A stretch of DNA of 35,250 nt, taken from NCBI GenBank assembly GCA_023406915.1, contig JAEXTR010000343.1, forward strand, positions 1 to 35,250. The letters run 5' to 3'. Below the pieces are notes generated by a model that saw only the letters and a list, made by a program, of their open reading frames with translations, had not been told where the DNA came from and made no database searches. The DNA is from Bacteroidota bacterium (lineage in GTDB: Bacteria; Bacteroidota; Ignavibacteria; Ignavibacteriales; Ignavibacteriaceae). Within the stretch, counting starts at the first letter, position 1, and each line of letters opens with the position of its first letter. The translations under genes were made by a program, and so were the position numbers. Positions 34,257 to 35,250 of this stretch are shown in pieces.

Positions 34257-35250
34257 TTGAATGCCAAGGAATATTACGCTAAAATCTACTTTTTACTCAG
34301 CGACAGCTCAACACTGCCAGAGGATAAGCTGAAAAAACTGCGCACCATTGCAGAGCAGGTTTTCTCAGAACTTACAAAAGATGCGCCTGATACCGTTTCT
34401 ACTCTCAGCGAAAAAATGACCTACTATTTTGAGACAAATCAGGTAAGGGGTATCATCAAAAGAGAACTCACCTCCCTCAGAAAACTCGCAAATGATGCCG
34501 TTCACCAGACTGGCTTTTCCATAACACCATATTATTTTAATCTGTGCTGTAAAGTCCTGGTGTCATTCATTCACTCAATCACACAAGAGAAATTTGATAC
34601 AAACCTGAAAGAGTACATCATTGAATTTATTCAGAATAAAATCAATCTTTCTGAATTATACTTTAATCAGCTTGCATCGCAGCAGCAGCACGATTCTTCA
34701 GAGCTGATCCGCGGCATTATCCTTACACCTCCCATCCTGCACACAGATGATTCCGGCAATAAAGGGTTGAAGTTCCGGATCGAAGTCGAATCACTGAATA
34801 GCGATAGAGATACATTCCTTGTTTTGCCGGCTCACAAATACTATCACGATAGCGATATCTTGCCTGAATCACTTCAGATCGATTTTTTTAAGTCATTTCC
34901 CGTATTCCATCTTACAGATTGCCAGATACGCTATTCTGAGACTATTACCATCAGTGCCACCACAGCATCATATTTTATCCTCGAGCCTGATTATCTGATC
35001 GATGCCAGTGATATCGCCAATTGTTTTGAAATGTCAACATTGCCGCTTCCAGTCATATATCTCATGAATAAATTCGAAGTACCCCAGCCAAACATTAATA
35101 TGATGCGGGGGTCTCTCGTTAACACAATGCTGGACCTTGTGCTGGAAGACCCTAAACTTAGTGATGAGACTCTCTTCTCAAATGCGCTCCGGGATAACAT
35201 TGACAGTGCCTATCAGTATAATTTGTCAGAACTTAAGGACGTACGTACAG
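34257..35250 (+). CDS. 5' part (331 codons) of a large uncharacterised ORF running off the window; possible DUF4145-like helical N-terminus and start of a Dna2/Cas4-like nuclease region
   Basis: Absent from the ORF track because there is no stop. The frame is open from 34182 to the window end. TTG at 34257 has AGGAG (34242-34246) 10 nt upstream. My translation reads LNAKEYYAKIYFLLSD...ELTSLRKLANDAVHQTGF...IRGIILTPPILHTDDSGNKGLKFRIEVESL...SYFILEPDYLIDASDIANCFEMS...LSELKDVRT. Confidence 0.7.
   Translation, partial: MNAKEYYAKIYFLLSDSSTLPEDKLKKLRTIAEQVFSELTKDAPDTVSTLSEKMTYYFETNQVRGIIKRELTSLRKLANDAVHQTGFSITPYYFNLCCKVLVSFIHSITQEKFDTNLKEYIIEFIQNKINLSELYFNQLASQQQHDSSELIRGIILTPPILHTDDSGNKGLKFRIEVESLNSDRDTFLVLPAHKYYHDSDILPESLQIDFFKSFPVFHLTDCQIRYSETITISATTASYFILEPDYLIDASDIANCFEMSTLPLPVIYLMNKFEVPQPNINMMRGSLVNTMLDLVLEDPKLSDETLFSNALRDNIDSAYQYNLSELKDVRT

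Noticed and set aside
1-35250. Search by eye for tRNA, rRNA, CRISPR arrays, transposases, integrases, toxin-antitoxin pairs and long tandem repeats.
   Set aside because: None was found. Intergenic space is small (the largest spacers are 513 and 262 bp) and shows no repeat-spacer periodicity or cloverleaf-like segments. Computational tools such as tRNAscan or Infernal could still detect small RNAs that I cannot see.

Overview
35.25 kb, almost entirely coding, roughly 40% G+C by eye. It holds 24 complete CDS plus two edge-truncated CDS that the supplied ORF track omits: 1..693 (-) and 34257..35250 (+). I found no rRNA, tRNA, CRISPR array, transposase or integrase. Two proteins end in NYPNP[FM]-type T9SS/FlgD-Ig sorting domains. 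Together with a sigma-54 enhancer-binding regulator and an ECF sigma, this suggests an FCB-superphylum organism (Ignavibacteriota/Bacteroidota-like); that placement is inference only. Layout, left to right: (1) ExbB/TolQ gene preceded by a good sigma-54 promoter with two phased palindromes, directly downstream of a histidine kinase / NtrC-type regulator pair. (2) T9SS-secreted endonuclease I, a cupin, glnS and an EamA transporter. (3) ECF sigma / anti-sigma / TonB_C-lipoprotein operon, preceded by a kinase fused to a substrate-binding domain. (4) A surface-glycan block (three GT4, one GT26, Wzx). Inside it sits a tightly packed four-gene module: a 1,789-aa C25 (gingipain/PorU-like) protein with a eukaryote-type FAM3/ILEI-like domain, a GT26, an OprO/P-like porin and a CotH-kinase-like lipoprotein. 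This module is my best candidate for an undescribed system, possibly surface protein-glycan conjugation or modification. (5) Glycerate 2-kinase, an exported C1B peptidase and a yeast-type cytosine deaminase. (6) A stand-alone dual-PAS protein, a DUF4836-like membrane protein, and the 5' part of a large ORF with nuclease/defence-like motifs. All family calls rest on motifs read from the translations; no database search was possible.
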